Notes under the pieces: generated by a model | What the model saw: only the letters and a program-made list of their open reading frames with translations | Told to the model about the DNA's origin: nothing | Database searches by the model: none | From: Porphyridium purpureum | Lineage: Eukaryota | NCBI GenBank assembly: GCA_008690995.1 | Contig: VRMN01000017.1 | Location: forward strand, 62,001 to 126,000 | Direction: 5' to 3' | DNA: 64,000 nucleotides | Made by a program: the position numbers and the translations under genes | In this document: positions 34,694 through 46,292 of the stretch, one piece after another | How positions within the stretch are numbered: position 1 is the stretch's first letter | How the letters are laid out: each line of letters opens with the position of its first letter

Positions 34694-35811
34694 ATGGAGC
34701 GCCGCACAAAGAGCCTGGCCGCGGCCGGGTTTGGATTCGGGCAGCGCCGCGCGGCGAAGGAGCGCCAGGAGCTCGAAAAGGCGCACGAAGAGCGCGTGGA
34801 GCGCGAGAAGATCGTGCGCAACCTGTCCATTTCGGCCGAGGACAGGCGCCGCGCGCAGCAGCGGCGCGGCCGGCGCGGATTCAGCGCGGCAAGCTCGATG
34901 GCCGTGCGCATGTCACGGACGCCGACCGTGCCACGCCAATGGCCGCGCTGGAGCGCATGGACAAGGCGATGCGGCAGGGCCTCGCGCAGCGCACCGACGA
35001 AAAGGAGCTCCTCATAATTGCGGAGGGTATGGAGCAAATACTCGACCACCCTGGTGCCATGAACTTATCGCTCGCCGCCGTCAGGCTCGTCCTCAGTCTC
35101 GAAAATCTTGGTTGTTCAGAGGACGACTTGTGGTATTTCATCTACGACTGGGCTCGCGCACAGTGCGGTGCCGAGTCAGATGTGCCGGCACTTTGGCATC
35201 CGCAGCAGCGCGTCCAGATCCTCGAGCTTCTGAACAAGCTGGTCAGGCCAGGACTTTTGCGCACGCTGCACCTCAGCACCGCCTTGTTCGTGCGGGAGAT
35301 CGAGCCGCTGGGTTTTCTGGACGAGGACGAGGTGCTGCACAAGTACCGCTGCGACGCTCTGCGAGCCGAGTTTCCGGAGAACGAAGCGTACAAACTGATC
35401 GAGCAGCACTATCGGCAGCCGCCGCTCTTCACATTCGAGACCTTCCGTGAGCGCGTGCGCGCAGGCTTCGTCGTGTACGAGACGGGCCATCCGCACCGCA
35501 TCAATGAAAAATGGACACAGCAGGTGACGCTTCCGTTTTGGGCGTCACATACGCTCGTACAGTTTGATTTTCTCAGCAGCCTCGCACAAGGCGCCGAACT
35601 GAGCTTCTTTACTGACGCGCGGTGCAGCGACGAGGGTAAGATTGCGTCTTTCGCCTTTGAGTTTGCGAATAGCAGCAAGTATCTGGTGATTGACCGCGCC
35701 CAGTTTTGGTTCAGGTTTGTCTCACTGGGCATTGAGTACGGTAATCAGTGGGGCTTTCGCATGAAATGCATGCCAGTGTGCTCGCACGTGGAGTCTCGCT
35801 TTAATTCGTGA
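34694..35811 (+). CDS. BACK-like plus CUB-like domain protein; apparent frameshift near 34860-34880
   Basis: LSLAAVRLVLSLENLGCSEDDLWYFIYDWA (BACK-like) and YETGHPH..LVQFD..LSFF..FWFRFVS..QWGFRM (CUB-like). The ATG-led coiled-coil N-terminus (MERRTK..ERQELEKAHEERVEREK) is in another frame. Confidence 0.6.
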
Positions 35812-35828
35812 CTTGGGATATCGCTTTA

Positions 35829-37770
35829 TTAGCTTTGCGAATCATCCTTTTGCGCCCACGTGTCGCGCAAAGTCACCACGCGATTGAACACGACATTTTC
35901 CAGAGTTGAGCTCGCGTCTTCGAAGAAGTATCCCACGCGCTCAAATTGGTAGGGCAATTTGGGCGTGTCATTGTGCTGTGCGGAAGCCGTGTCGAACAAC
36001 GACGGCTCTGCAAAGCCCTGCGCTACTTCGAGTGAGTCTGGATTAAGGTCCTTCAAGAAATCGCCGTCGGGTCGTTCTTTGCCCGGCCACGGCGTACTGA
36101 ACAGGCGGTCGTATTTTCTGACCGTGATGGGCACGCCATGTGCACACGACACCCACTGAATGATCCCCTTGACCTTTTTCATGCCGTCCGGCGTGTTGCC
36201 GGCGCGCGTCTCAGGATTGTATGTGCACAGCAGCTCCACAATTTGGCCGCACGCGTCTGTGACCACGTCGTCGCAGTGCACAACGTACGCAAACTTGAGC
36301 CGCACGGGCCGGTCTGGCGCGAGTCGAAAGTACTTCTTGTTGGGCGGCTCCTGCATGAAGTCGCTCGAGTCGATGTATACCTCGCCGCTGAAAGGTACGC
36401 GCCGCACACCCATCTCAGGCCGCTTGGGGTGCACAAGCACCTCAAACCACTCGACCTCTCCCTCGGGCCAGTTGGTGATCACAAGCTTGATGGGCTCAAG
36501 CACTGCAAACGCGCGCGGCGCCACGTCCTCCAAGTCTGCACGCACGCTGTCTTCAAGTACCGACATATCAATGTTGCTCTCAGTCTTGGACACGCCCACG
36601 CGCTCGGCAAAAAGACGGAGCGCAGAGGGCGTGTACCCGCGGCGACGCATCCCCGAAATGGTAGGCATGCGCGGATCGTCCCAGCCGTCGACAACTCCAG
36701 ACTCGACCAATGTGATCAGCTTGCGCTTGGACAGTACGGTGTACTGGATGTTGAGTCTCGAAAACTCAATCTGTCGCGGGTGGCACCGCGCACCGACGCT
36801 CGTGTGGTCCAGAATCCAGTCGTACAATGCGCGGTGCTCTGCAAACTCGAGCGTGCACAATGAGTGAGTGATACCCTCCAGCGCGTCCGACAAGCAGTGC
36901 GCAAAGTCGTACATGGGGTAGATGCACCACGCGTCACCGGTGCGCTGATGCGGAATGTGTCGCACGCGATACAGCGCCGGGTCACGCATGCACATGTTGG
37001 AAGACGTCATGTCGATCTTGGCGCGCAGTGTCATCGTTGCCTCGGGAATTTCACCGGCTCGCATGCGCCGCAAGAGCTCGAGGCTCTCAGATGGCGGCCG
37101 ATCTCGAGAGGGGCTACTGCGGCCCGGTGTGGTCAACGTTCCACGGTACTCGCCCATCTGCTCGGGCGTCAGCTCACACACAAACGCCTTCCCGGCTTGC
37201 ACGAGCTCTTCTGCGCACGCGTACATCTGCTCAAAGTAGTCAGATGCATAGAACAGGCCGTCCCATGGCTCTTTACCTTGCAACGGGTCTAGATGCTGAT
37301 CGCCCGCCAGCCAGTGCACGTCAGTCATGATACTCTGCACGTACCGCTCATCCTCCTTTTCCGGGTTTGTGTCGTCAAAGCGCAAGTTTGTGGTTCCTCC
37401 AAACTCCTTTGCCAGCCCAAAGTTGAGACAGATTGACTTGGCGTGACCGAGATGCAGAAAGCCATTGGGCTCCGGTGGGAATCGCGTCTTGATGGCGGTA
37501 TGCTTGCCTGAGCTTATGTCGTTCTGCACGATCGTCTTGATGAAATTTGCGCGCATGCCATCGGCGCTACCAGCCGCAGTATCTAGCGCCGGACTCGCCT
37601 GAGCCGGGGACGACGAAGGCGCGCCAGCTCTTGGCGTGGCGGCCGCGCAGCAGATTGGCCGCCGACGCGCACGCGGCGCGAACCGACACGCGACGCGCGC
37701 ATTGCGTGTGTCCGCCAAGCCCGCGCGCTGCGGCGCTGCTCCATGCGAACCCAACGCCCGTCGCGCCCAT
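35829..37770 (-). CDS. glnS: Glutaminyl-tRNA synthetase, bacterial-type, probably organelle-targeted
   Basis: TRFPPEPNGFLHLGHAKSICLNFG, LRFDDTNP, WCIYPMYDFAH, THSLCTLEF, VLSKRKL, WDDPRMPTISG, FNRVVTLRDTW. 5' end uncertain: in-frame ATG near 37556, transit-peptide-like ATG at 37770 in another frame. Confidence 0.93.
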
Positions 37771-39347
37771 CTCAAACACCCAAACACGCGTGAACGCAAA
37801 CCTCAACCCACCACGCCTTTCTCCTCGCTGCCAACCTCGCACGCACACATGTCGAGCTCGAGCAAGTTCCGGACGGAGGTACAGTTAAATATCATAAAAG
37901 GGCGTTATTTGTATAGATACTTTGCCGTTATGTAGCGTCGGCGTCGACTGCGAGACGCGAATAGGCGCGCAGCAGGACTGACCCGGCAGGCAGACGCGTG
38001 AGGAGACAGACGGACTCTGCGTTCTCAGAGCGCGACCATGTCGCGCAGGAGTGCGACTCTGCGTAGGCCTCGAGCGCGATGCTGGCTCTGGTATGTGTTT
38101 GGGTGAATGCGCGAAATGGACGACATCAGCAATTTGGTTGACGGTGGTGTTTGCGTTTGGATCGCACGTCTTGTATGACGTGCGAACCGCCTCGCGGCTC
38201 CAGCAGAATGGCGTGCATACTCTGTGTCTAGAGACTTTGAGCAAGCGCGCTGTGGAGTGTGCGGCGACAGGTCTGCGGTAAATGTGCCTTTTGGGGGTGA
38301 CGCCGCGCGCGCAATGTCAAAGGTTCAGCTCCTCGCTGACGTTTTTGCAAACGCGGACGCCGCTGAAGAGCAGCGTCGCTTGCATTGTGTGCGTCCATTA
38401 AGTCTGTGGAAAGTCGAGTCGTTCAGCAAGATGTTCGACCTCTGTGTGTTCGCTTCAAAGGGCGGGGGTTGTCTGGGTGGATTCTTTGCGGCCGCTGCCT
38501 CGCGCGCTTCTTGCGCTTCTGCGCGTGACGCGTTTGTGATGCACTCTTGCTCTGGGTATCTCCTGATGATCATGCATGCATAGAACTGACGCTCTGCTCG
38601 GCACTAGAGTTGAAGCGCTTTGGCTGGAGCGTGCTTTCAAGCACTGTGCTTGTGGTGAGAACGAGGCGCACATATGCACTGTATCTGCTTCCGGTGGCCA
38701 TCATATCAGCTGAACGATCCGCGACGACTGGATCAAGATGCCACAGTCCGATACTGTCCAAGCCAATTGGCGCAAACTCAAGATGACTCTTTCCCGTGCG
38801 ATTCCAGCGCGGCCGTGAATGAAAAGTGCGCATGCCGAAGGGCATGTCGTGTCTTCGCAAAGCCTTCGTGTGAAGCCCTCGTTTGCATTGATCACATGCT
38901 TGGACAAGGTTCGTCAACATCATGCGGACAAGCTTAAAACAACAAGCACAAATCACAAAGAGACATAGGAAGGGGGAAGGAAGAAAGAAACAAGGAAAGA
39001 AAAAGAAAGATTCGGCGCGCCTGTGCCGATGTCGGCTCGAGCCACCACGGACCAGACTTGTGCCTTCCAATACGTTCACATTGTAGAGCTGACTGTCCCT
39101 TTGAGCGCAGGCCGACTCACTTGGCCTATGCCTTCTCTCGACGAACGGGAACATGGAATAAACGCATTTAGAGCTGGCGCAGCGGTCAGTATCTACCATT
39201 CGAGCCGCACAAAGCCCGAAGAGGTGTTTGCGTGGCGCTCCACCGCGCACGACGTACGTCTCCCTCCTGGGCTGCGCATTGTAAAGGAAAGACGCGCAAG
39301 TTGCTGTCGTGCTGCGCGAAGCAGGCGCGAATGACAGCGCCGTCGAA

Positions 39348-40406
39348 ATGCTTGGGATAGCAACGGCGTTCCAACCGGTCGGCGGAGGAGCAGGAAATGT
39401 CGTAGGACCGTGCTCTGGGTTACCCACTAGACTGCGCTCCATATGCAACGGCGCGCAACCGATGCACGTGCGCGTGCGTCAGGAACCGCAGAGCGGGTTG
39501 CGCAGTCGAGGCTGGCTGCCTGCTAGATGCGGACGCTGCCGACCTGGCGGTGTTTCAAAACGGGCGTCCGGCGTGGTGAGGCAGCTTGGCGCAGGACTGT
39601 CCGAGGTGATTATCTCTGGCGGGCTGTTCTACGTCCTTATCAAGTCTTTTGGAATGGGCAACGAGGACGTTGTGGTGGATGAAACTGCCGTGCCGACGCG
39701 GCCAGAGGATCCGGCTGGTGATGAGCGACCGGCGCGACGCTCCAAGGCGCGCGCCAAGGTCGCAAAAGAAAGACGGTCACTTGAGGAAGATGATGTGTGC
39801 CTGTGCGGAAGCGAAAGGCCATACGGACAATGCTGCCAGCCGTACCATGACGATCGGATCGCCAGTGATGCGGAATCGGGTTCAAAGCGGTTTGCGGGAG
39901 TCGTTGAAACCGCCGAGGGCGTTTTGCGCGCCCGCTTTTGTGCATACGCTCTCCGCGACGTGGAGTACATCATGGCGTCCACGAGCAAGGCCAATGAAGA
40001 CTATGTCGCGAAGCACGAGGACCGCGAGGGCTATGAGCTCTGGTACGCGGCCATTGGGCGTTTTTGCGATCAGTACGGCTTCTTCGGATTGGATATCATC
40101 GACGTACAGACCATGAACGTCATTTCACAGGAAACAATCGGTGCGCAGCTTGTCAATTTGTTTGAACAGAAGGTGAGAAATCAGTCGAACGATAAGGCCG
40201 CTCTGCCTCGCAGCTTGGTGACCAAGATTCTATTCCGCGCGAATTTGATGGAGAACGGCGACCCCATCTACTTTATAGAAGAAAGCCGATTCGTTCGGCA
40301 CGGCCCACGATGGAAATACTCGGATGGGCGCCTCATCTCGGCGCCGCGTAGTGCGTCCGACGTCAACTCGGGCCGTGCGGGTACGCCGCGCGAAAACGAC
40401 AGATAA
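39348..40406 (+). CDS. SEC-C/YchJ (UPF0225)-family protein with N-terminal targeting extension
   Basis: CLCGSERPYGQCCQPYH, TAEGVLRARFCAYA..EYIMAST, FIEESRFVRHGPRWKYSDG. Confidence 0.85.
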   Translation: MLGIATAFQPVGGGAGNVVGPCSGLPTRLRSICNGAQPMHVRVRQEPQSGLRSRGWLPARCGRCRPGGVSKRASGVVRQLGAGLSEVIISGGLFYVLIKSFGMGNEDVVVDETAVPTRPEDPAGDERPARRSKARAKVAKERRSLEEDDVCLCGSERPYGQCCQPYHDDRIASDAESGSKRFAGVVETAEGVLRARFCAYALRDVEYIMASTSKANEDYVAKHEDREGYELWYAAIGRFCDQYGFFGLDIIDVQTMNVISQETIGAQLVNLFEQKVRNQSNDKAALPRSLVTKILFRANLMENGDPIYFIEESRFVRHGPRWKYSDGRLISAPRSASDVNSGRAGTPRENDR

Positions 40407-40753
40407 AATAGTGCTGAGAATTTTCTTGAGTGCATTTTTCTTTTTTGTGTTTCTTCCTTCTTCGTTTTGTTTGTCGTCGAGCATGCCGTGCTATTGACTG
40501 CGTTGTCCGGGCATGAAGTTCCAAATTCACAAGCTCACAAGGTTCCTTACACGGTGACGCTGGTATTCTGCCCCACAACAGGTGATTCCACACGCACACA
40601 CACGCCGCCGCATTTCTGAGTTCATGACACCGACCCAAACGCGCCTGGTTCTTCCATCGACATCAATGCAGTCACACAAGCCTCGACTTGGTGTCTGATT
40701 CTGCTGGAATCATCCGTTCGCGATAGAGCAGCTTTGAGTAGCTGTGTGGAAGG

Positions 40754-41320
40754 ATGGCGTTCATCTTGGTGTTCTCGACTCGCAGCGCATCTGCCGGTAC
40801 CGCATTGGCGGTATCAACGCGGCCCGCTCGAGCAGCCGTCGCGTCGCGGTCTCGTTTTGTGCGGAAAGATCGCTTGCGCGCGAGCGTGGACGACAACAAC
40901 GGAGTGGAGGCGTCATCAGACTTGACCAGCGCGGCCGAACGCAGGAACGTGAACGCTGGGAAGGACGCGGAGGAGGTCGTTGACATGGAAGCGCTTACCG
41001 CGCTGCGCCAAGCGAGTGGTAAAAGTCGGTTTGAGGCATTCTACCGAAGCGAGACGGATGTCATCGATGTGGATGGCACCGTGTCCGCCACGGATGGTCA
41101 GGACGCAGACTCCAGCACCGTGCCCTTTTTTGTGGGATACGAGACGAACGAGCTCAAGGCGTTGCTGGATGTGCATGCTTCGCTGTACGGTCTCGAAGAA
41201 CCGCGACTGCCATCCTCAGCCCCTGGCACCCAGGATGAGGCAGGAGGTCTGGGTGGGTTTGGTGCGCTGCACGAAAAGATTCTGCGCACACTCGCGGAAG
41301 ACGATGACGACGCAAAATAA
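40754..41320 (+). CDS. Hypothetical protein, probably plastid-targeted
   Basis: MAF- start with Ser/Ala/Arg-rich leader followed by an acidic mature region; 188 aa; no family recognised. Confidence 0.6.
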   Translation: MAFILVFSTRSASAGTALAVSTRPARAAVASRSRFVRKDRLRASVDDNNGVEASSDLTSAAERRNVNAGKDAEEVVDMEALTALRQASGKSRFEAFYRSETDVIDVDGTVSATDGQDADSSTVPFFVGYETNELKALLDVHASLYGLEEPRLPSSAPGTQDEAGGLGGFGALHEKILRTLAEDDDDAK

Positions 41321-41341
41321 GGCCGAGGACAAAGAATTTTT

Positions 41342-42988
41342 TCATGATTTAGCTTCATGATGCTTCCTGACCATCTGCTTCCAGCCAAACGCGTATCGCA
41401 AACCCAGAGCGCTGGCTCTGCCGAGCATCAGTACGTTGAATCCCAGCCATACGCCCATCAGGCCGCGTTTGAGCCAAACCACGCCCGCAACTATTGTCCC
41501 GCTGGCAATCATGCCGGCCACGAGCACACTAGCGCTGACATAGTTGTACTCGGTCGTGAAGCTCGCGAATATACCGTCGAGCACAAAAACGAGCGCGGCC
41601 AGTGGTTGGAGCACCGCCGCCACTCGGAGCAGCGGAATCACGTTTTGAAGCGCCTCAGCTGTCGCCATGGCGTCGCTCGATGTCGAAATAAACATTCTCG
41701 CAATCTGTTCAGCACCGATAAAGGTCGCAGCGCCGAGCGCAGCACCGATCAGCACGGCCCATCGGAGCACCGCATCCGACACGACTTTCGCACGCTGGCG
41801 AGCCAGTTTCTGTTTCTCGAGCCCCAGCTCGCGCGAGACGAGCGATGTCGCGGTGATAGCGAGTGCGTCGAGCGCAATGGACTGAAAGAGCCACACCTGC
41901 CTGGCCACCGAGTAGGCCGCCATGGCGGCAGAGCCCAGGCGTGTGGCAAACAGGCCGGCCAAGGTCTGCGTGAACAGAATGCTGAACGTGCGCACGCTGA
42001 GCACGCCGCTTTCCGCCACGGCTGCGAAGCGTCTGGCGTCCACAATGGTCAAGTAGCTGCGCCACGAGCCCGGCAGCACGCGCGCTTTCAGGAGTGTGGC
42101 CAGCAAAACGGCAGCCAGAACACCTTGAGAGATACCCGTGGCCAGCGACGCGCCGGCCACGCCCATGCCGAACGTGGTCATAAGCAAAACATCCAGACCA
42201 AGGTTGGTTACATTGGACGCTATGGACGCTAGCAGGGGCGAGCGCGTGTCTTGCATGCCCCTGCAGGCAGCGCTGGCCACATACCCAAAGAGCACGAATG
42301 GCGCACCAAATGCGCGGTAGCGGATGTAGTCGATGGCGTATTGCCTCATGGAAGCAGAGCTCAAATCTGCAGTACCTGCAAACCAGTTCACAATCTGAGG
42401 TGCAAAGCCAAACAGCACCGCGCCCACCAAAGTACCACATATCACTGCGAGCTGCACGGCAGCCAGGACAACTTGCTGTTTATCCCGCTCGTTCGTGGCT
42501 TCTGCCGTGAGCGGAATCAAAGATACCGCCAGGAAGTTGAACAGCGCAAATGCAAACTTGAAACACACCGACGCGACACCCACACCCGAAAGCGCGGCGA
42601 CTGCGTCCCATGAGAGAATGCGAGCGATCAAAATGGTGTCAACAAGAGTCATCAGCGGCTCGACAATTAACGTCAACAATGTCGGCAGCGCAAGGTCCCA
42701 AATCTCTCGCCGCAACGAATCTTGCTCCAATCCGTCCAGAGATGTCTTCTCCAGAAGCCCTTCATTCTTTCGAGCATCGTCATCCCTAAACTCAGCACCT
42801 GAATCCTGGCTCGCTCTTACGCTTGGCACCACCAAGTCCGCGCGCCGCGGCCTCATCGGGGTCAGTGCAGGAGCGACTAAACGCGTCGCCCGTTTTCTTC
42901 TCAGCGGAACCTGGCATCCTCTACCACTCACCGCTGGCCGTGTTCGCGGAACCACGCATGAAGGAAGAACGGGCTGAATAAACATCAT
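41342..42988 (-). CDS. MATE (DinF-like) efflux transporter with transit peptide
   Basis: EIWDLALPTLLTLIVEPLMTLVDT, RGMQDTRSPL, MGVAGASLAT, FVLDGIF; about 12 hydrophobic segments. Confidence 0.92.
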   Translation of the reverse strand: MMFIQPVLPSCVVPRTRPAVSGRGCQVPLRRKRATRLVAPALTPMRPRRADLVVPSVRASQDSGAEFRDDDARKNEGLLEKTSLDGLEQDSLRREIWDLALPTLLTLIVEPLMTLVDTILIARILSWDAVAALSGVGVASVCFKFAFALFNFLAVSLIPLTAEATNERDKQQVVLAAVQLAVICGTLVGAVLFGFAPQIVNWFAGTADLSSASMRQYAIDYIRYRAFGAPFVLFGYVASAACRGMQDTRSPLLASIASNVTNLGLDVLLMTTFGMGVAGASLATGISQGVLAAVLLATLLKARVLPGSWRSYLTIVDARRFAAVAESGVLSVRTFSILFTQTLAGLFATRLGSAAMAAYSVARQVWLFQSIALDALAITATSLVSRELGLEKQKLARQRAKVVSDAVLRWAVLIGAALGAATFIGAEQIARMFISTSSDAMATAEALQNVIPLLRVAAVLQPLAALVFVLDGIFASFTTEYNYVSASVLVAGMIASGTIVAGVVWLKRGLMGVWLGFNVLMLGRASALGLRYAFGWKQMVRKHHEAKS

Positions 42989-43453
42989 CGCGGGCCGAAC
43001 CACGCACACGTTAGACTTCTGACACAATCTGTCCGGCGACACGGAAAACGTAGATGCGACGAAGCGAATCCGTGCGCGCTGAAACGGTCGTGCGAGACAA
43101 GCGCTGCAGTTGGTTGCGACCGCTGCAACAAGTGGCGCAAGAAATATTTCTGTACTCAGCTTCGCGAGAGTTCCGCGCTGATCACACTGGTGATCCTGTA
43201 CGACAATGAGTGCACGACAGGAATCAGCGTGTCATTTTCTGCGACGTCGACGGGTCCAGCCGGCGCCACTCTGGCCGCGCAACAACCGCGACACACGTGC
43301 GTCGTTGCCTTTTTTTGTCTGAGCTCTACCTTTCTGCCGTCTCGTGCCTCTCTGTGGTATCGATAGCACGAGACCGGAAAAAACCTTTCGAGCGAGAGAG
43401 AGAGCGGATGGTTGGTGGTGTGTTTGTGTGGGTCATTGTGGAGCGGTGTGAGG

Positions 43454-46027
43454 ATGTTGTCCGGTGGCCGCGATCTGCGCGTGCAGCAGCGCCGTGCGCT
43501 GGACGCGATTTTGCGCGGGTCAGACCCCGCGTGTGTGTCGTCTGTGTCGCCGCGTGTGCCGTCAAGTTTGGTGCTGCTCGTGCTGGATGCACCCATGCAA
43601 CGGATGCTCCAGATGCGTCATTTGCCTCATCTGGCGGAGTATGGCGTGGCATTATGCATGACTCCCAAGGAGTTTGAGGATTTGGCCGCGTTCACGGAAA
43701 AGATCGCCGCGGCCGCCTCGGCTGCTCCGTCGCCGCTCGTGCAGATGGCCAGCCAGTTGCGCGTCGTGTTTCTCGTCAAGAACGCCCAGCTGATGCCTGC
43801 ACTTGTGCAAAAAGCCCTGCTCGCGCCGTTCTATGGTGGTGTCAGTGTGGTGTACGCTGGATGCGCGCACCAGCATGAGCTCATGGCGCTCGCGCAGGCA
43901 GTTTCCAAGGCGTACGTGCTGCCTCGGTCTGTGGCGGGTTCAGAGCGCGGAAAGGCACACAGTCAGGCCAGGCACAAGGCCACAAGTAGGCTGCCAGGTG
44001 CCGTGCTATTGAATAGACATGGACATGCAACCGCGGGTCAGGTGCAGCACGCACAACAATTTCGTGCGCACTCGGCAATGCGAGAGGATTTGCCTGACTC
44101 TGCCGACGGAAGAGCGTCACGGTACGTGAGTATGGTGGCTGACGCATGCATCGACTTTGTGCCTGTGCAGCGCAACATGATCTCGCTCGAGGTTCCCGAC
44201 TGCTTTCCCGCCTTGTATGACTATGCCTCTCCCTCGACGAGATGGCCAAACAGCGTCCCGACCCAAACTGTTCTCGAGCAATCTGCTGAAAAGAGGTCGC
44301 CCCTTCCGCAGCGGGAGAAGCAGCACGAGCAGCGTTTGCTGGCCAAGGTGGACATGGTGTCGGACGCCCTCCTCAGTTTATTAGTGCAAGCCGAGTCGTG
44401 TCCAATTTTGGTGGCGAACAGACACGGGCCCGCCGCGCTGGTGGCAGCCACTGTGCACAGCAAGCTGCGATCGATCATGAACCGAGCCACTCAGGGCAGC
44501 GGGCCAGACAAATTGGCAAGCTCAGGAACCAGCGGAACGGCATGGCCGCGTAGCCATCTACCTTTGTCAAAGTTGCGCTCACCCAGCTGGCAAACAAGCC
44601 GGACACTTCTATACATCTGTGACCGCACGGTTGACCTGGTGCCATGTCTTCTCCACCCTTGGTCATATGAACGCATGTGTTTTGATATTCTGGACGCGGA
44701 CCACGTGTCCATGCAGTTGCGCGTGGCCAGCGGGGAAAAAGACACGCACGTCCCAGATGAGCAACAGAAGCAGTGCTACACCCTCGACCAGGAGGATGAT
44801 TCATTATGGGAGGCGATGCGCTCGCTCGAATTCCCACAGTTGGCGGAGGAAATTCAGACCCTGGTCAGCAAGTACAAGCAGGACGCGTCCGAGGTGGCAA
44901 GCAACGTGTCTCGTGCTTTAGGCGCCATGGATGATTTGCGCCGCCGCAAGGAGCTTCTGGATATGCACACACTCGTGGCAACCGCGCTTCTGGAGGCGAT
45001 CAAGGCACGTGGCTTGGACGAGTTTGTGGAGATTGAAAGCCGCATCCGCGCGAGCGAGGCCACAAGCGCTCGGAGCAAAAATTCCCGCGCTATGGGCAGC
45101 GCGTTCAACGTGAATCCCATTCCGCGGGTCGAAGAACTTGTACAGATCGCCATTTCCGTGCCCCGAAGTAATCACCTTGAGATGGACCTTGCGAGATTGT
45201 TCGGGGTCTATATTCTGAGCCTGCGGGAGCACGTGACTGACTCAGAGCTCGCGATGCTTGTCGGCGCGCTCAAGGAGAAGGCGAGCGTGGATGCGCAACT
45301 GCTTGACATGTTTGTTTCGCTGGCGAACATGGGCGTTCGGCCCCCGTGTGCGATGGGACGAAGCGAAGAGCTTGCCTCCCAGAAGAGTGCGACAAACCGT
45401 GTGCCTGGGAGTAAGCGCGAGCGTATGCGAAAACTCCTAGGCGGTGCCGCGGCAAGGGGCATGGCGGGCTTGTCACAGGTGGCCGCTAAAATGCAAGAAT
45501 TCATCACGCTGTCAGATCAATCACCGTTAATACTTTCGCGTCTTCTAACAAGAGTATCTGATCTGGTTGGCCACGCGGTGGCTGCTGGCGAAAGTGGCGA
45601 GGCCTTCCCACCGCTCGAGTACCGATCGCTCGTGTCTGATACCGAACGCCAGAACGATGGCTCAAACGCGCGCGCTCGCGATACTCTCAGCACGTCTGAA
45701 CGCGTGGCAATGCACGCTTTGGAGAGCACGTTTTGGGATCCTACGCACGAGCACGCTCTTTCGTTTGATGATCTTCGATACGTACAAGGCGTGCAGCCGT
45801 ACGCGATGGACGTGCTCATGGTGGGCGGCGGTAGCTTGATGGAATGGGCCGAGTTAATGCGCATGCCAAAGACAGACCGAAGCGGCAGTAGGGGCGATGT
45901 CGCGTTCAAGAGGGATATAACATACATCTGCACGGACCTGGTGTCACCAGATCGTTTTTTAGGACAGTTGTTCACGGCTATCTATGGTGCAAGTCACAAA
46001 AGGCTGCATACGAACGAAGCGGTCTAA
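43454..46027 (+). CDS. SLY1: Sec1/Munc18 family protein, Sly1-like
   Basis: LRVQQRRALDAIL, LYICDRTVDLVPCLLHPWSY, YTLDQEDDSLW, FPQLAEEI, KELLDMHTLVATALLEAIKARGLDEF, MVGGGS..E. Confidence 0.85.
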   Translation: MLSGGRDLRVQQRRALDAILRGSDPACVSSVSPRVPSSLVLLVLDAPMQRMLQMRHLPHLAEYGVALCMTPKEFEDLAAFTEKIAAAASAAPSPLVQMASQLRVVFLVKNAQLMPALVQKALLAPFYGGVSVVYAGCAHQHELMALAQAVSKAYVLPRSVAGSERGKAHSQARHKATSRLPGAVLLNRHGHATAGQVQHAQQFRAHSAMREDLPDSADGRASRYVSMVADACIDFVPVQRNMISLEVPDCFPALYDYASPSTRWPNSVPTQTVLEQSAEKRSPLPQREKQHEQRLLAKVDMVSDALLSLLVQAESCPILVANRHGPAALVAATVHSKLRSIMNRATQGSGPDKLASSGTSGTAWPRSHLPLSKLRSPSWQTSRTLLYICDRTVDLVPCLLHPWSYERMCFDILDADHVSMQLRVASGEKDTHVPDEQQKQCYTLDQEDDSLWEAMRSLEFPQLAEEIQTLVSKYKQDASEVASNVSRALGAMDDLRRRKELLDMHTLVATALLEAIKARGLDEFVEIESRIRASEATSARSKNSRAMGSAFNVNPIPRVEELVQIAISVPRSNHLEMDLARLFGVYILSLREHVTDSELAMLVGALKEKASVDAQLLDMFVSLANMGVRPPCAMGRSEELASQKSATNRVPGSKRERMRKLLGGAAARGMAGLSQVAAKMQEFITLSDQSPLILSRLLTRVSDLVGHAVAAGESGEAFPPLEYRSLVSDTERQNDGSNARARDTLSTSERVAMHALESTFWDPTHEHALSFDDLRYVQGVQPYAMDVLMVGGGSLMEWAELMRMPKTDRSGSRGDVAFKRDITYICTDLVSPDRFLGQLFTAIYGASHKRLHTNEAV

Positions 46028-46292
46028 GCTCAGAAGAAAGGAAACGAGCTGGTGACCGGACACAGGCGCCCACCGTGACCCAGAAGAGAGAAAGAAAAAA
46101 GAAAATTATGACGAATAGCGATGCACACGTCGCCGGTGGCGATACTGGCAACGTAGGATGCTACCGGCGTTCGAATTCTCAACTCTAGCTGCTCAATCCC
46201 ACACAAGAGCAGGTATAACCTTTGACGTGATATCCCGACGAAGAGACAAAGCGCAATCACGGCACCTTCTACATCATACTTTTTGCGTTCCT

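Noticed and set aside
38224..38583. Short ORF with CGVCGD resembling a nuclear-receptor zinc finger
   Set aside because: Non-ATG start and the remaining cysteines are absent.
38530..38592. C/D box snoRNA-like arrangement (GTGATGC..CTGA..CTGA with short terminal stem)
   Set aside because: Box C is imperfect and no convincing rRNA-complementary guide was recognised.
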